DNA of 26,430 nucleotides from an uncultured Lachnospiraceae bacterium (GTDB lineage: Bacteria > Bacillota > Clostridia > Oscillospirales > CAG-272). Of the stretch, positions 17,580 to 26,270 are shown piece by piece. A model generated the notes under the pieces. It was not told where the DNA came from and ran no database searches. It saw only the letters and a program-made list of their open reading frames with translations. The stretch is taken from assembly GCA_964454825.1 (NCBI GenBank), contig CAYVUJ010000001.1, positions 1 to 26,430 of the forward strand, read 5' to 3'. A program made the translations under genes and the position numbers. Position 1 is the stretch's first letter. Each line of letters starts with the position of its first letter.

Positions 17580-18140
17580 ATGGGAAATGTTCTTGACAAC
17601 GATATTGAAAGAGTGCTTCTCTCTGAAAAAGAGCTGAACGCGGCGGTAAAGCGCCTTGCCGCGCAGATCGACGAGGATTACCGCGGACGCGAGACAAAGC
17701 TGGTGCTTCTCTGCATTCTGAAGGGAAGCGTGGTTTTCATGGGAGACCTCATGAAAGCGCTCACGATCCCGACAGAGATCGATTTTATGAAGGTGTCGTC
17801 CTACGGGTCCGGCACCGTAAGCGGCGGAAGAGTGAACATAGTCCTTGACCTTCATCGCAAGGATATTGCGGATTGCGATATACTGATAGTTGAGGACATA
17901 ATCGACAGCGGCCGCACGCTTTCGTATCTCACCGAATATCTGGAATTAAACGGTGCGCATTCGGTCAGAACCTGCACCATGCTCGATAAGCCGTCGCGCC
18001 GCACGGTGGATTTTGTCCCCGATTACGTCGGAGAGGTCGTCCCCGACGAATTTGTGGTCGGATACGGACTCGATTACGATGAAAAATACCGCTCGCTTCC
18101 GTATGTAGGCGTGCTCAAGAGAAGCGTTTACGAAAAATAA
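17580..18140 (+). CDS. hpt: Hypoxanthine phosphoribosyltransferase
   Basis: ILKGSVVFMGDL, PRPP-binding VEDIIDSGRTL, FVVGYGLDY; ATG 17580 with RBS ggaggt. Confidence 0.96.
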   Translation: MGNVLDNDIERVLLSEKELNAAVKRLAAQIDEDYRGRETKLVLLCILKGSVVFMGDLMKALTIPTEIDFMKVSSYGSGTVSGGRVNIVLDLHRKDIADCDILIVEDIIDSGRTLSYLTEYLELNGAHSVRTCTMLDKPSRRTVDFVPDYVGEVVPDEFVVGYGLDYDEKYRSLPYVGVLKRSVYEK

Positions 18141-18167
18141 TACTTCAAACTCCCGAAAGGAGCCTCA

Positions 18168-20300
18168 ATGAAGAAGAATCTCAGAATCATAATCATCTAT
18201 GTGGTGCTTATCGGCATCATTGTGGCGGTGACAGCCTCCCTTTACGGTTCCGTCCCGAAGGAGGAGCAGACATACGCCTCTGTCCGCTCGTATTTTGTCA
18301 AGGAGCAGGTGCGCTCGTTCGAGATAAAGTCCGGTGTGCTCAAAATGCAGGTCGAGGATGAAAAGAGCGGCGAGGGTAAGACGAGAACGGTCGAGTACAA
18401 GCTCGGGGATATCTCGCTCACGCTTTTTGTCAACAACATGGGCGAGCTCATCGATGAGCAGTACGACAAGGGCATCATACAGAGTTACGACTATCCGAAG
18501 CCGTACGAATTCCCCGTCTGGGTGTCGGCTCTGCCGTATCTTATCGTCATTGTCGGCTTTGTCGCCGTATGGTTCTTCGTGATGAAGCAGGCGGCGGGAG
18601 GCGGCGCCGGTAAGCCCGGTGCGTTCGGCAAATCGAAGGCGAAGATCAATACTCCGGATAAGGATAAGGTGCTGTTCAAGGATGTGGCGGGCGCCGACGA
18701 GGAAAAGGCGGAGCTCGAGGAGATCGTGGAGTTTCTGCGCGATCCCGCGGCGTTTACAAAGCTCGGCGCCAAGATCCCGCACGGCGTGCTTCTGATGGGC
18801 CCTCCCGGTACTGGTAAGACACTGCTTGCAAAGGCGGTTGCCGGCGAGGCGGGGGTTCCGTTCTATTCGATATCCGGCTCTGATTTTGTGGAAATGTACG
18901 TCGGCGTGGGCGCATCCCGCGTACGCGATCTGTTTGAGACGGCGAGAAAGCATCCCGCCGCGATCATATTCATCGACGAGATCGACGCTGTCGGACGTCA
19001 CCGCGGTGCGGGACTCGGCGGCGGACACGACGAGCGCGAGCAGACGCTCAACCAGCTCCTCGTTGAGATGGACGGCTTCGGAAGCTCCGAGGGTATTATC
19101 GTGATGGCGGCGACCAACCGCCCCGATATCCTTGACCCGGCGCTGCTTCGTCCCGGCCGCTTCGACAGACAGGTCACAGTCAATTATCCCGACCTGAACG
19201 GCCGTGTTGAGATACTCAAGGTCCACGCGAGAAATAAGCCCCTTGAGGCGGGTGTCGACCTTGAGCATGTTGCGCAGACCACGGTCGGTTTCACCGGTGC
19301 GGACCTTGCAAACCTGCTCAATGAGGCGGCGCTTCTTGCGGCGCGCAAGGGCAAGAGCCTGATAGGAAGCATCGATATCGACGAGGCGGCGATGAAGATC
19401 ATCGTCGGCATGCCGAAAAAGAACAACCGCATCAAGCCGCAGGAAAAGCTCAAGACCGCGTATCACGAGGCGGGCCACGCGATCATCGCGCATGTTCTGC
19501 CGTCGCTCGATCCGGTCAAGCAGATATCCGTTATCCCCACGGGGCGCGCGCTCGGTTATACGCTCAATCCTCCGGTCGAGGATAAGTACAGCGTATACCG
19601 CGAGGGCATGAAGGAGGAGATCTGCGAGCTGCTCGGCGGCCGCGTGGCGGAGAAGATCGTTTTCGAGGACGTCTCCGGCGGCGCTTCCAACGATATTCAG
19701 CGCGCGACGCAGATCGCACGCAACATGGTCATGAAGTACGGCATGAGTGACGAGCTCGGTCCGATCCTTTACGGCTCCGAGCACTCCAACGACGAGGTGT
19801 TCCTCGGCCGCGATTTCAATACCGATAAGAACTACTCCGAAGAGACGGCGGCGCTGATCGATAAGGAGATCAAGCGCATCATCAGCGAGGCATTCGAGCG
19901 CGCAGAGAAGATTCTTTGCGAGTACCGCGATAAGATGGACTTTATCGCAAACTATCTCGCAAAGAATGAGGTCATGGATGATAAGCAGTTCGAAGCCGTC
20001 ATGAACGGCGAGCCTACTGTCGAGGAGCTTGAGGAGATGGTGGCGGAGAAAAAGCGCCGCAGTGAGGAGGAGAACGCCGCCCGCGCCGCGCGCATCCGCG
20101 AGAAGGAAAAGGAGCGCGAAAAGGAACGTGAGAAGGCTGAGAGCGCCAAGCGTCAGCGTCCTCAGGGTCCCGCTCAGGGCGGAGCATGGATATTCCCCGA
20201 GATGCCAGGCAACGTATACCGTCCGGACGACGATCCCGCCGACGAGCCGCGCGAGGATGATCCTTCCGACGACTCACAGGACGACGGCGAGGAGAAATGA
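18168..20300 (+). CDS. ftsH: ATP-dependent zinc metalloprotease FtsH
   Basis: Two N-terminal TM helices, Walker [46 protein letters not shown]; RBS aaaggag. Confidence 0.98.
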   Translation: MKKNLRIIIIYVVLIGIIVAVTASLYGSVPKEEQTYASVRSYFVKEQVRSFEIKSGVLKMQVEDEKSGEGKTRTVEYKLGDISLTLFVNNMGELIDEQYDKGIIQSYDYPKPYEFPVWVSALPYLIVIVGFVAVWFFVMKQAAGGGAGKPGAFGKSKAKINTPDKDKVLFKDVAGADEEKAELEEIVEFLRDPAAFTKLGAKIPHGVLLMGPPGTGKTLLAKAVAGEAGVPFYSISGSDFVEMYVGVGASRVRDLFETARKHPAAIIFIDEIDAVGRHRGAGLGGGHDEREQTLNQLLVEMDGFGSSEGIIVMAATNRPDILDPALLRPGRFDRQVTVNYPDLNGRVEILKVHARNKPLEAGVDLEHVAQTTVGFTGADLANLLNEAALLAARKGKSLIGSIDIDEAAMKIIVGMPKKNNRIKPQEKLKTAYHEAGHAIIAHVLPSLDPVKQISVIPTGRALGYTLNPPVEDKYSVYREGMKEEICELLGGRVAEKIVFEDVSGGASNDIQRATQIARNMVMKYGMSDELGPILYGSEHSNDEVFLGRDFNTDKNYSEETAALIDKEIKRIISEAFERAEKILCEYRDKMDFIANYLAKNEVMDDKQFEAVMNGEPTVEELEEMVAEKKRRSEEENAARAARIREKEKEREKEREKAESAKRQRPQGPAQGGAWIFPEMPGNVYRPDDDPADEPREDDPSDDSQDDGEEK

Positions 20301-20334
20301 TCCCGCCGGGCGTCCCACGTGAACTTAAAAGCAT

Positions 20335-20370
20335 AAAAATCCGACTGCCGCAGGGCGGTCGGATTTTTTG
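20335..20370 (+). terminator. Intrinsic terminator after ftsH
   Basis: 15-bp stem AAAAATCCGACTGCC / GGCGGTCGGATTTTT (one G-U) with a 4-nt loop and T-run. Confidence 0.85.
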
Positions 20371-20395
20371 CTTATGTCATCAATTATATTATAAA
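20368..20395 (+). promoter_or_regulatory. Possible sigmaA promoter reading into the structured intergenic region
   Basis: TTGCTT (20368-20373) - 16 nt - TATAAA (20390-20395) in an AT-rich patch. Weak match; inference only. Confidence 0.3.
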
Positions 20396-20409
20396 GTTTT
20401 TGAGAGTTT

Positions 20410-20735
20410 TCAGGGAACTTAAGGCGCGCTCCTGGATTGCATTGCGGGCTTTGAAGTTTGTACAAACCCGTTAGCCGGAGTCCGGTGTACATGGCATAAA
20501 GTTTACATGTAAATGAAAGTTCGCGTGCCATGTACCTTCAATGCCGCTTCGCGTCATTCTTTCCAAGCTTTGAATACATTCCACCGGTCCCCCCGGCGGG
20601 ATGTAGGGCAACGCCCGGATGGGTTTGGGGGCGATGGCCCCAAAATCACGTACCCACGCACTTCCGGCGAAAGCCGGAAGTACAAACGACATGAGCCGGA
20701 ATGGCAAAGGCCTCGCGCCGCCGAAGCAGCGTGCA
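20410..20735. ncRNA. Candidate structured non-coding RNA or palindromic element, family unassigned
   Basis: At least eight stems or palindromes, including a 9-bp stem with GAAA tetraloop (20660-20681) and long-range pairings 20543-20551/20722-20730 and 20553-20559/20699-20705; no credible ORF. Strand and family not determined. Confidence 0.45.
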
Positions 20736-20736
20736 A

Positions 20737-20761
20737 AGGGAGAGGTGCTTCACCTCTCCCT
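20737..20761 (-). terminator. Intrinsic terminator after the prsA-like gene (possibly bidirectional)
   Basis: Perfect 11-bp stem AGGGAGAGGTG / CACCTCTCCCT with a 3-nt loop, 9 nt beyond the minus-strand stop codon; the T-tail is short. Confidence 0.7.
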
Positions 20762-20770
20762 CGCGTTATT

Positions 20771-21883
20771 TCAATACAGATCAAAATTCGGTTTCACATT
20801 CGTTACCGAAAAGGCTTTTTCCTTTTCGTCGTTTGCTTTGATCAGCTCAAGCTGTGATTTCAGAAGCTCGTCGTAAAGCGCGTTTTTTAAGGCGCTGTCA
20901 AAATCCGCAAAGAAATCCGCGTTTGCCGTCAGTGCATAGCCGCCGTCGTCAAGCGGCATGCGCTTGATATAGAACGTGCCGTGCTCTGTGTGCAGTTTCG
21001 TCTGCGCGTTTTCATCGAGGTCAAAGGCGGCGGCGACGATCGTCTCGTCATAGTTTCCCGCCGTGGCGTGAGAGAAGTAATATCCGCCGGGATAGTCCGT
21101 GTTCTCCGAGAACTTGGCATACAGCTCCTCGAGATCTGCCCCTGCTGCGAGATTTGCGTCGATCTCGGTCAGCACGCGCTCCTTTTCGGCGCGCTCACTG
21201 TCATTCAGAGGCCGTGTTTTGTACTTGCCGTACTGATCCTGAACATACGCTCCGTCCTGTTCCACATACGCATATGCGTCGTTCACATTGATCTGAATGA
21301 ATCGCACATAATTCTCCCTGTAGAATGTGTCGCGCTCCTCATTCGAGACGGACATCGTGCCGCTTGTGCCATAGTAATGCGCAAAAAGCTGTGACATCTT
21401 CTCCTCGCCGAGGAGCATCTCGCGAAATATTTCGACACTCGCGCCGTATTCGGCGAGGCGCGCTTCAAAGTCCTTGCGGCTGCCGCTGCAGCGTTCCATT
21501 ACGAGATCGTCGATGTAGCTGTCGATCTTCTCCAGAGCCGAATCGGAATCAAAGCCCGACGGGCCCTCGCTGGCAAAGAGCCACTGGGCTCTCAGGAACA
21601 TGCGGATGTTCTCGCGTATGAGCGAGTCCATCCACTCAGCGTTCGTCACCCCTGATGAGTGCCCGGCGCTCCAGAAGGCATCCGTGTCCTTTGCCTCCCT
21701 GTACATCGAGAGATACCGCGCCTTGTAGGTCGCAAAGAGCAGATGATACATGTCCTCGCCGATGTCGTGATTGTGCAGCGACAGAACAACGGAGCCTTCC
21801 TCTTCGTTCTTTCGGCACGCGACGACGGACAGCGCGAGCATGAGCGCCAGAAATAGCGAGATCAGCCGTATTGTGTGTTTCAT
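20771..21883 (-). CDS. PrsA/SurA-like lipoprotein foldase with divergent parvulin domain
   Basis: Lipoprotein signal ending LSVVA-C; helical N domain; parvulin-like segments ELYAKFSEN...PGGYY and TEHGTFYIKR; conserved position after mfd with ATGA-type overlap. Confidence 0.72.
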   Translation of the reverse strand: MKHTIRLISLFLALMLALSVVACRKNEEEGSVVLSLHNHDIGEDMYHLLFATYKARYLSMYREAKDTDAFWSAGHSSGVTNAEWMDSLIRENIRMFLRAQWLFASEGPSGFDSDSALEKIDSYIDDLVMERCSGSRKDFEARLAEYGASVEIFREMLLGEEKMSQLFAHYYGTSGTMSVSNEERDTFYRENYVRFIQINVNDAYAYVEQDGAYVQDQYGKYKTRPLNDSERAEKERVLTEIDANLAAGADLEELYAKFSENTDYPGGYYFSHATAGNYDETIVAAAFDLDENAQTKLHTEHGTFYIKRMPLDDGGYALTANADFFADFDSALKNALYDELLKSQLELIKANDEKEKAFSVTNVKPNFDLY

Positions 21884-24800
21884 TTTGTCTCCCTGTTCCC
21901 TTCGTTTGCGTCTGAGCGTATCTCAGCGTATTTTTCGAGCACATTGAGTGCGAAATCGACGGCGGCAAAGGACGATGTGCTCTTCGGTACCCGGAGCGTC
22001 GCTCCCGGCTCCGGCGAAAGGCTCGCACGCAGGGCCGCCTGAGGCAGCTTGACGGCGAGCATCTGCCAGAGCGCCGGATCGAATTCCTCCGGCACAAAGC
22101 GCAGTGTTTCGTCGATCTGTGTGATCTTCTTCATGCCGCATCTGATGCCCGTTCCGCGGAGCAAGGCTATGCGGCAGAGGTTGACCGCCGGGCGCGGTGG
22201 CTCGCCGAAGCGGTCGCAAAGCTCGTCGAGGATATCCTCGAAGTCCGCCTCGGTGGAGATTCTCGCAATCTTTTTGTACATCTCCATGCGCTGTGCGCCG
22301 ACGGTGATGTACGCTTTGGAAAGGAACGCGTCAAGCTTGATATCCACGGTGCATTCGGCCGGCACCTTGACCTTTTCGCCCTTTTCTTCGAGAACGGCTT
22401 CGGAGAGAAGCTTTATAAACATATCGTAGCCGACCGCGTCAAGATGGCCGTGCTGCTCGGTGCCGAGCAGATTTCCTGCGCCGCGTATCTCGAGGTCCCT
22501 CAGTGCGATGCGGAAACCCGCGCCGAAGGCGGCGTATTCCTTGATCGCGGCGAGGCGGTGCTCGGCGATCTCGGAAAGGCTTTTGTTCGCCTTGTAGGTG
22601 AAGTACGCGTATGCCCGCCGCGGACCGCGTCCGACGCGTCCTCGGATCTGGTGGAGCTGGGACAGGCCGTAGCGGTCGGCGTTCTCAATGATAAGCGTGT
22701 TTGCGTTCGTCACGTCCACGCCTGTCTCGATGATGGTCGTGGAGACAAGAATGTCGATCGTACCTCCGACAAGTGCGGCCCATATTTCCTCAAGCTCCTC
22801 CCGTTCCATCTGGCCGTGCGCGACCGCGATCGACGCATCCGGAATAAGCTTTTCAAGCCGTGCACATGTGTGATAGACGCTCTCAATGTTGTTGATGAGG
22901 TAAAAGCTTTGCCCGCCGCGGCGAAATTCCCGGCGCAGAGCCTCGAGGATCACCGCTTCGTCGTATTCGAGGACGTATGTCTGGACGGGGCTTCGCATGC
23001 CCGGGGCCTCCTCGAGCACGCTCATGTCGAGAATGCCGCTCATTGCCATGTTCAGCGTGCGCGGGATGGGAGTTGCGGTCAGTGTCAGCACGTCCGCGCC
23101 GACGGTGCGCTTCTTCAGCTTCTCCTTTTGCATCACGCCGAAGCGCTGTTCTTCGTCGATGATCAGAAGGCCGAGGTTGGCAAACTCAACATCCTCGGAG
23201 ATGAGACGGTGCGTTCCGACGATTATGTCGATCTCACCGCGCTTCAGGCGGCGCAGGGTGAGGGATTGCTCCTTTTTGGTGCGAAAGCGCGAGACCATGT
23301 CTACCGTCACGGGGAAATTGCGCATGCGCGAGATCAGCGTCTGATAATGTTGGAGGCAAAGTATCGTGGTCGGCACGAGGATCGCGACCTGATAGCCGCT
23401 CTGCACCGCCTTGAAGGCCGCGCGGATCGCGACCTCGGTCTTGCCGTAGCCGACATCACCGCAGAGCAGACGGTCCATCGGACAGCCCTTCTCCATATCG
23501 CGCCGGATGTCCTCGATCGCCGAGAGCTGGCCGTCCGTCTCCTCGAACTCGAACGACGCGTCAAACTGCGCTGAAAGATCGCCGTCCTCATCAAATGCGA
23601 TGCCTTCGGTGCGCTGACGGCGTGCGTATATCTCAATCAGCTCCTTCGCCATCTCGCGGCTCGCGGTCTTGGCGCGTGATTTGGCGTTGTGCCACTCCTT
23701 GCCGCCCATCTTGGACAGCTTTACGGGGTTGAGCTCCGAGGACGCGCCGATGTACTTCGACACAAAATAGAGCTGATCGGTCGGAAGGTACAGCTTATCT
23801 GTCCCGGCGTAGTTGATGAGCACATAGTCGCGAGAGACCCCGCCGACAGTGAGGTTCTCGATCCCCATGAACTGTCCGACGCCGTATGCCGCGTGGACTA
23901 CGTAGTCCCCGACATTCAGGTCGGCATAGGAGATGATCGCCTCGGTGGAATCCTTCTTTATTCCGGCGATCTTGCGGCGTTTCTTTGCGCGCAGGATACC
24001 GGAGTGCCGCCGCGCCGAGGACGAAAAATCGAGAAGCGCGAAGCGCGGGACGTCGGTCTCAAAGCCCGCAAAGTATTCACCGACAGAGACGATCACCGGC
24101 AGGCGCGTTTTTGTTCCGGCAAGAAGCTCGGCGGTGACCGCACTGTCCGACGCAGTCGTGAAGCCGTCCTCGGCAAGCGCGGCGGACACCGATGCCGCCT
24201 CAGCGTCGGAGGCGCACAGCACGATCGGCACGGTCTTTTTGGCGATGTAGGCAGCGATGTCCTCGCAAAGGCGCGCCATGTTGCCGTCATACGCGGGCAC
24301 ATGGCGGCTGCGCATGTCGATTGCCTCCGACATTCCGGAGCGCACGAATGAGTCCTCGTACAGCGTCGGTATGTGTGCCGAGGCCACATCGATATCGGAG
24401 AACTCGCGCATCCAGACGCCGCCGGACTTTCCGAGCTCGCCGCTCTCCTTCATGTCCGTGATACTCTGGGAGAGGAGCAGGGCCGCCGCCTCCGCGCGCT
24501 CACGGCAGGCGTTTTCGGACAGCACGATGATCTCGTCGGCGTAATCCGCGAGACAGAGCGCGTCCGGGGAGGTCAGCGGAAGGTATTTGTCGGCGAAATT
24601 GATGTCGCCGTCGTTGTCCAGCGCATCGAGCTCCGCGCGGAGAGTGAGCGCGGCGGCACTGTCCTTTACCACGCGAAGCTGTTTTTTCACCGCCTCGCGG
24701 ATGATGTCCCGATCGTACGCGGTGACGACATTTTCGACCGCAGGCACGAGGGTAAAGCGCTCGGTTTGATCTCCCGTGAATCGCTGTGTGTCGATATCGA

Positions 24801-25425
24801 AATTGCCGAGACGGTCGACCTCGTCGCCGAAAAGTTCCACGCGGATCGGGGCTGAGGATGGCGGGTAGATGTCCACGATCCCGCCGCGAATGGCAAACTG
24901 CCCGCAGCTTTCCACAAGGTCCGTCCGCCGGTATCCCGCAGCCACAAGCGCTTCGGCGAGGGCGGCAGCGTCGATCTCGCTGTCTGCGGCGATGTCGATG
25001 CAGTATGCCGCCAGCTTCTCGGGGGAGAGCGTCACCGAGAGCGCCGCCTGGGGCGTGGTGACTACGGTGAAATTATCCTCCGACATAAGGCGGTAAAGCA
25101 CGGCAAGCCGCTCATGATCGAAGTCGTGAGAGGCTGTTATGTTGTTGAAATTGAAGTCCCGCGTGGGGTAGAACGCCGCCTCAGAGCCGCATTCATTGAT
25201 GAAGGCGGCGAGGCGTTTTGCCTCGGAGTCCTCGGGGACGATTATCACAGTTCTTCGCGGCGAGGCGGCGAGCGCGGCACAGAGAAGGGGCTTTGTGCCG
25301 TCACAGAGTCCGGTCACACGAAGCACCTTACGTCTGCCGCGGCCCGGAGGTGCGTCCATCACACGGCGGATATGCTCAAAGTTGTCACCCGAGCTGAAAA
25401 TTTGGCGAATCAGACCGAGGTTCAT
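21880..25425 (-). CDS. mfd: Transcription-repair coupling factor
   Basis: UvrB-like FAIRGGIVDIYP, CarD-like RID (GDYVVHAAYGVG), DRLLCGDVGYGKTEVA, IIDEEQRFG, TATPIPRTL, QIRGRVGR, DLEIRGAGNLLG, C-terminal TRCF domain. Confidence 0.98.
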   Translation of the reverse strand: MNLGLIRQIFSSGDNFEHIRRVMDAPPGRGRRKVLRVTGLCDGTKPLLCAALAASPRRTVIIVPEDSEAKRLAAFINECGSEAAFYPTRDFNFNNITASHDFDHERLAVLYRLMSEDNFTVVTTPQAALSVTLSPEKLAAYCIDIAADSEIDAAALAEALVAAGYRRTDLVESCGQFAIRGGIVDIYPPSSAPIRVELFGDEVDRLGNFDIDTQRFTGDQTERFTLVPAVENVVTAYDRDIIREAVKKQLRVVKDSAAALTLRAELDALDNDGDINFADKYLPLTSPDALCLADYADEIIVLSENACRERAEAAALLLSQSITDMKESGELGKSGGVWMREFSDIDVASAHIPTLYEDSFVRSGMSEAIDMRSRHVPAYDGNMARLCEDIAAYIAKKTVPIVLCASDAEAASVSAALAEDGFTTASDSAVTAELLAGTKTRLPVIVSVGEYFAGFETDVPRFALLDFSSSARRHSGILRAKKRRKIAGIKKDSTEAIISYADLNVGDYVVHAAYGVGQFMGIENLTVGGVSRDYVLINYAGTDKLYLPTDQLYFVSKYIGASSELNPVKLSKMGGKEWHNAKSRAKTASREMAKELIEIYARRQRTEGIAFDEDGDLSAQFDASFEFEETDGQLSAIEDIRRDMEKGCPMDRLLCGDVGYGKTEVAIRAAFKAVQSGYQVAILVPTTILCLQHYQTLISRMRNFPVTVDMVSRFRTKKEQSLTLRRLKRGEIDIIVGTHRLISEDVEFANLGLLIIDEEQRFGVMQKEKLKKRTVGADVLTLTATPIPRTLNMAMSGILDMSVLEEAPGMRSPVQTYVLEYDEAVILEALRREFRRGGQSFYLINNIESVYHTCARLEKLIPDASIAVAHGQMEREELEEIWAALVGGTIDILVSTTIIETGVDVTNANTLIIENADRYGLSQLHQIRGRVGRGPRRAYAYFTYKANKSLSEIAEHRLAAIKEYAAFGAGFRIALRDLEIRGAGNLLGTEQHGHLDAVGYDMFIKLLSEAVLEEKGEKVKVPAECTVDIKLDAFLSKAYITVGAQRMEMYKKIARISTEADFEDILDELCDRFGEPPRPAVNLCRIALLRGTGIRCGMKKITQIDETLRFVPEEFDPALWQMLAVKLPQAALRASLSPEPGATLRVPKSTSSFAAVDFALNVLEKYAEIRSDANEGNRETK

Positions 25426-26108
25426 TCTTTCCCTCCGCTTTCGGTGCTGTCATTTGAGGAGCTGTTCTTCACGACGCGCGCCTTACCGTTGTATCTTGCC
25501 ATTGCGTCCGCACATTTTCCGTCGAGGATCAACAAAAGTGCCTGCGCCGCTCGCTCGAAGGCGTTGAGCATCGCCTCCCGGTCGGATTTCGGGATCTCTC
25601 CGAGAACCCAGTCGGCAAGATCATATTCCGGACTCGGTTTCGCGCCGACTCCGATGCGTATGCGCGGGAACGCGTCGCTTCCCATGTGCTCGATGATCGA
25701 GTTCAACCCCTTCTGACCGCCGGAACTTCCGCCCTCGCGTATGCGGATCGCACCGGGCGCAAGATTGATGTCGTCGCTGATCACGACGATGTTCTCCGGC
25801 GTGATCTTGTAGAAATCCGCCGCCTCGCGAAGCGCCTCGCCGGAGTTGTTCATGAATGTCTCCGGCTTCATAAAGAGTACCCGGTGTGTGCCGACATTAC
25901 CCTCGGCGCACATCGCTTTGAAGCGCGGCCGAAATGCCGGAAGCGAATACTCCCGCGCGATGATATCCATCGCAAGAAAGCCCGCGTTGTGCCGCGTGCG
26001 GCTGTATTTTTCTCCCGGATTGCCGAGCCCCGCGACGATGTGTGTCAGCTTTGAAGGTGCGCTGCCTCCGGAGGAGATTTTTTTGAATAGCTCGAATATG
26101 TCTGCCAT
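25422..26108 (-). CDS. pth: Peptidyl-tRNA hydrolase
   Basis: GLGNPG, TRHNAG, KPETFMNNSG, DDI, GQKGL, RIRIGVG. Start set at ATG 26108 (RBS aaagga); stop overlaps the mfd start. Confidence 0.96.
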   Translation of the reverse strand: MADIFELFKKISSGGSAPSKLTHIVAGLGNPGEKYSRTRHNAGFLAMDIIAREYSLPAFRPRFKAMCAEGNVGTHRVLFMKPETFMNNSGEALREAADFYKITPENIVVISDDINLAPGAIRIREGGSSGGQKGLNSIIEHMGSDAFPRIRIGVGAKPSPEYDLADWVLGEIPKSDREAMLNAFERAAQALLLILDGKCADAMARYNGKARVVKNSSSNDSTESGGKE

Positions 26109-26180
26109 ACTGAATCCTTTGCAGTTACTTTTTGAAACGACGAAAGCGCGGGAGAATTCCCCCGCGATCCGCTTACATAT

Positions 26181-26209
26181 ATTGTAGCATTTTTCTGCCG
26201 AAAGTGCAA
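26181..26209 (-). promoter_or_regulatory. SigmaA promoter for pth-mfd-prsA
   Basis: Minus strand TTGCAC (26204-26209) - 17 nt - TACAAT (26181-26186) with a TGn extended -10. Confidence 0.7.
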
Positions 26210-26270
26210 GCATATTTTGTCACAGAATAAAAATACGTCTTGTAAAAAATGCAGGCTTTTGCGCAGACAC

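Noticed and set aside
18165-19784. 539-aa ORF antisense to ftsH
   Set aside because: It mirrors ftsH codon for codon and has no motifs. Long antisense ORFs are expected opposite conserved high-GC genes.
20525-20730. Resemblance to large bacterial SRP RNA (GTGCCATGTACCTTCAATGCCGC recalls the Alu domain; GAAGCAGC at 20723-20730)
   Set aside because: The helix-8 CAGG-stem-GNRA-stem-AGCAG arrangement is absent, and AGCAG lies at the 3' end rather than centrally. cmscan would be decisive.
20691-20735. GAGCCG as a possible group II intron domain V
   Set aside because: No complementary CGGTTC 3' strand, no domain VI and no reverse transcriptase nearby.
20400-20761. tmRNA, RNase P RNA or T-box identity for the structured region
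   Set aside because: No tRNA-like ends or CCA, no GAGGAAAGTCC, and no T-box GGTGGTACCGCG-type motif on either strand.
20471-20876. Short ORFs (76-114 aa) on both strands across the structured intergenic region
   Set aside because: No convincing RBS, atypical composition, and some overlap the prsA-like gene or terminators.
22444-24855. Long plus-strand ORFs (376, 220, 160 aa) antisense to mfd
   Set aside because: Shadow ORFs from codon bias; no RBS or domain signal.
26040-26213. Longer 263-aa Pth and its N-terminal extension
   Set aside because: The upstream TTG start overlaps the promoter and ATG 26108 has the RBS. The remaining ~20-aa extension looks like ordinary lineage variation.
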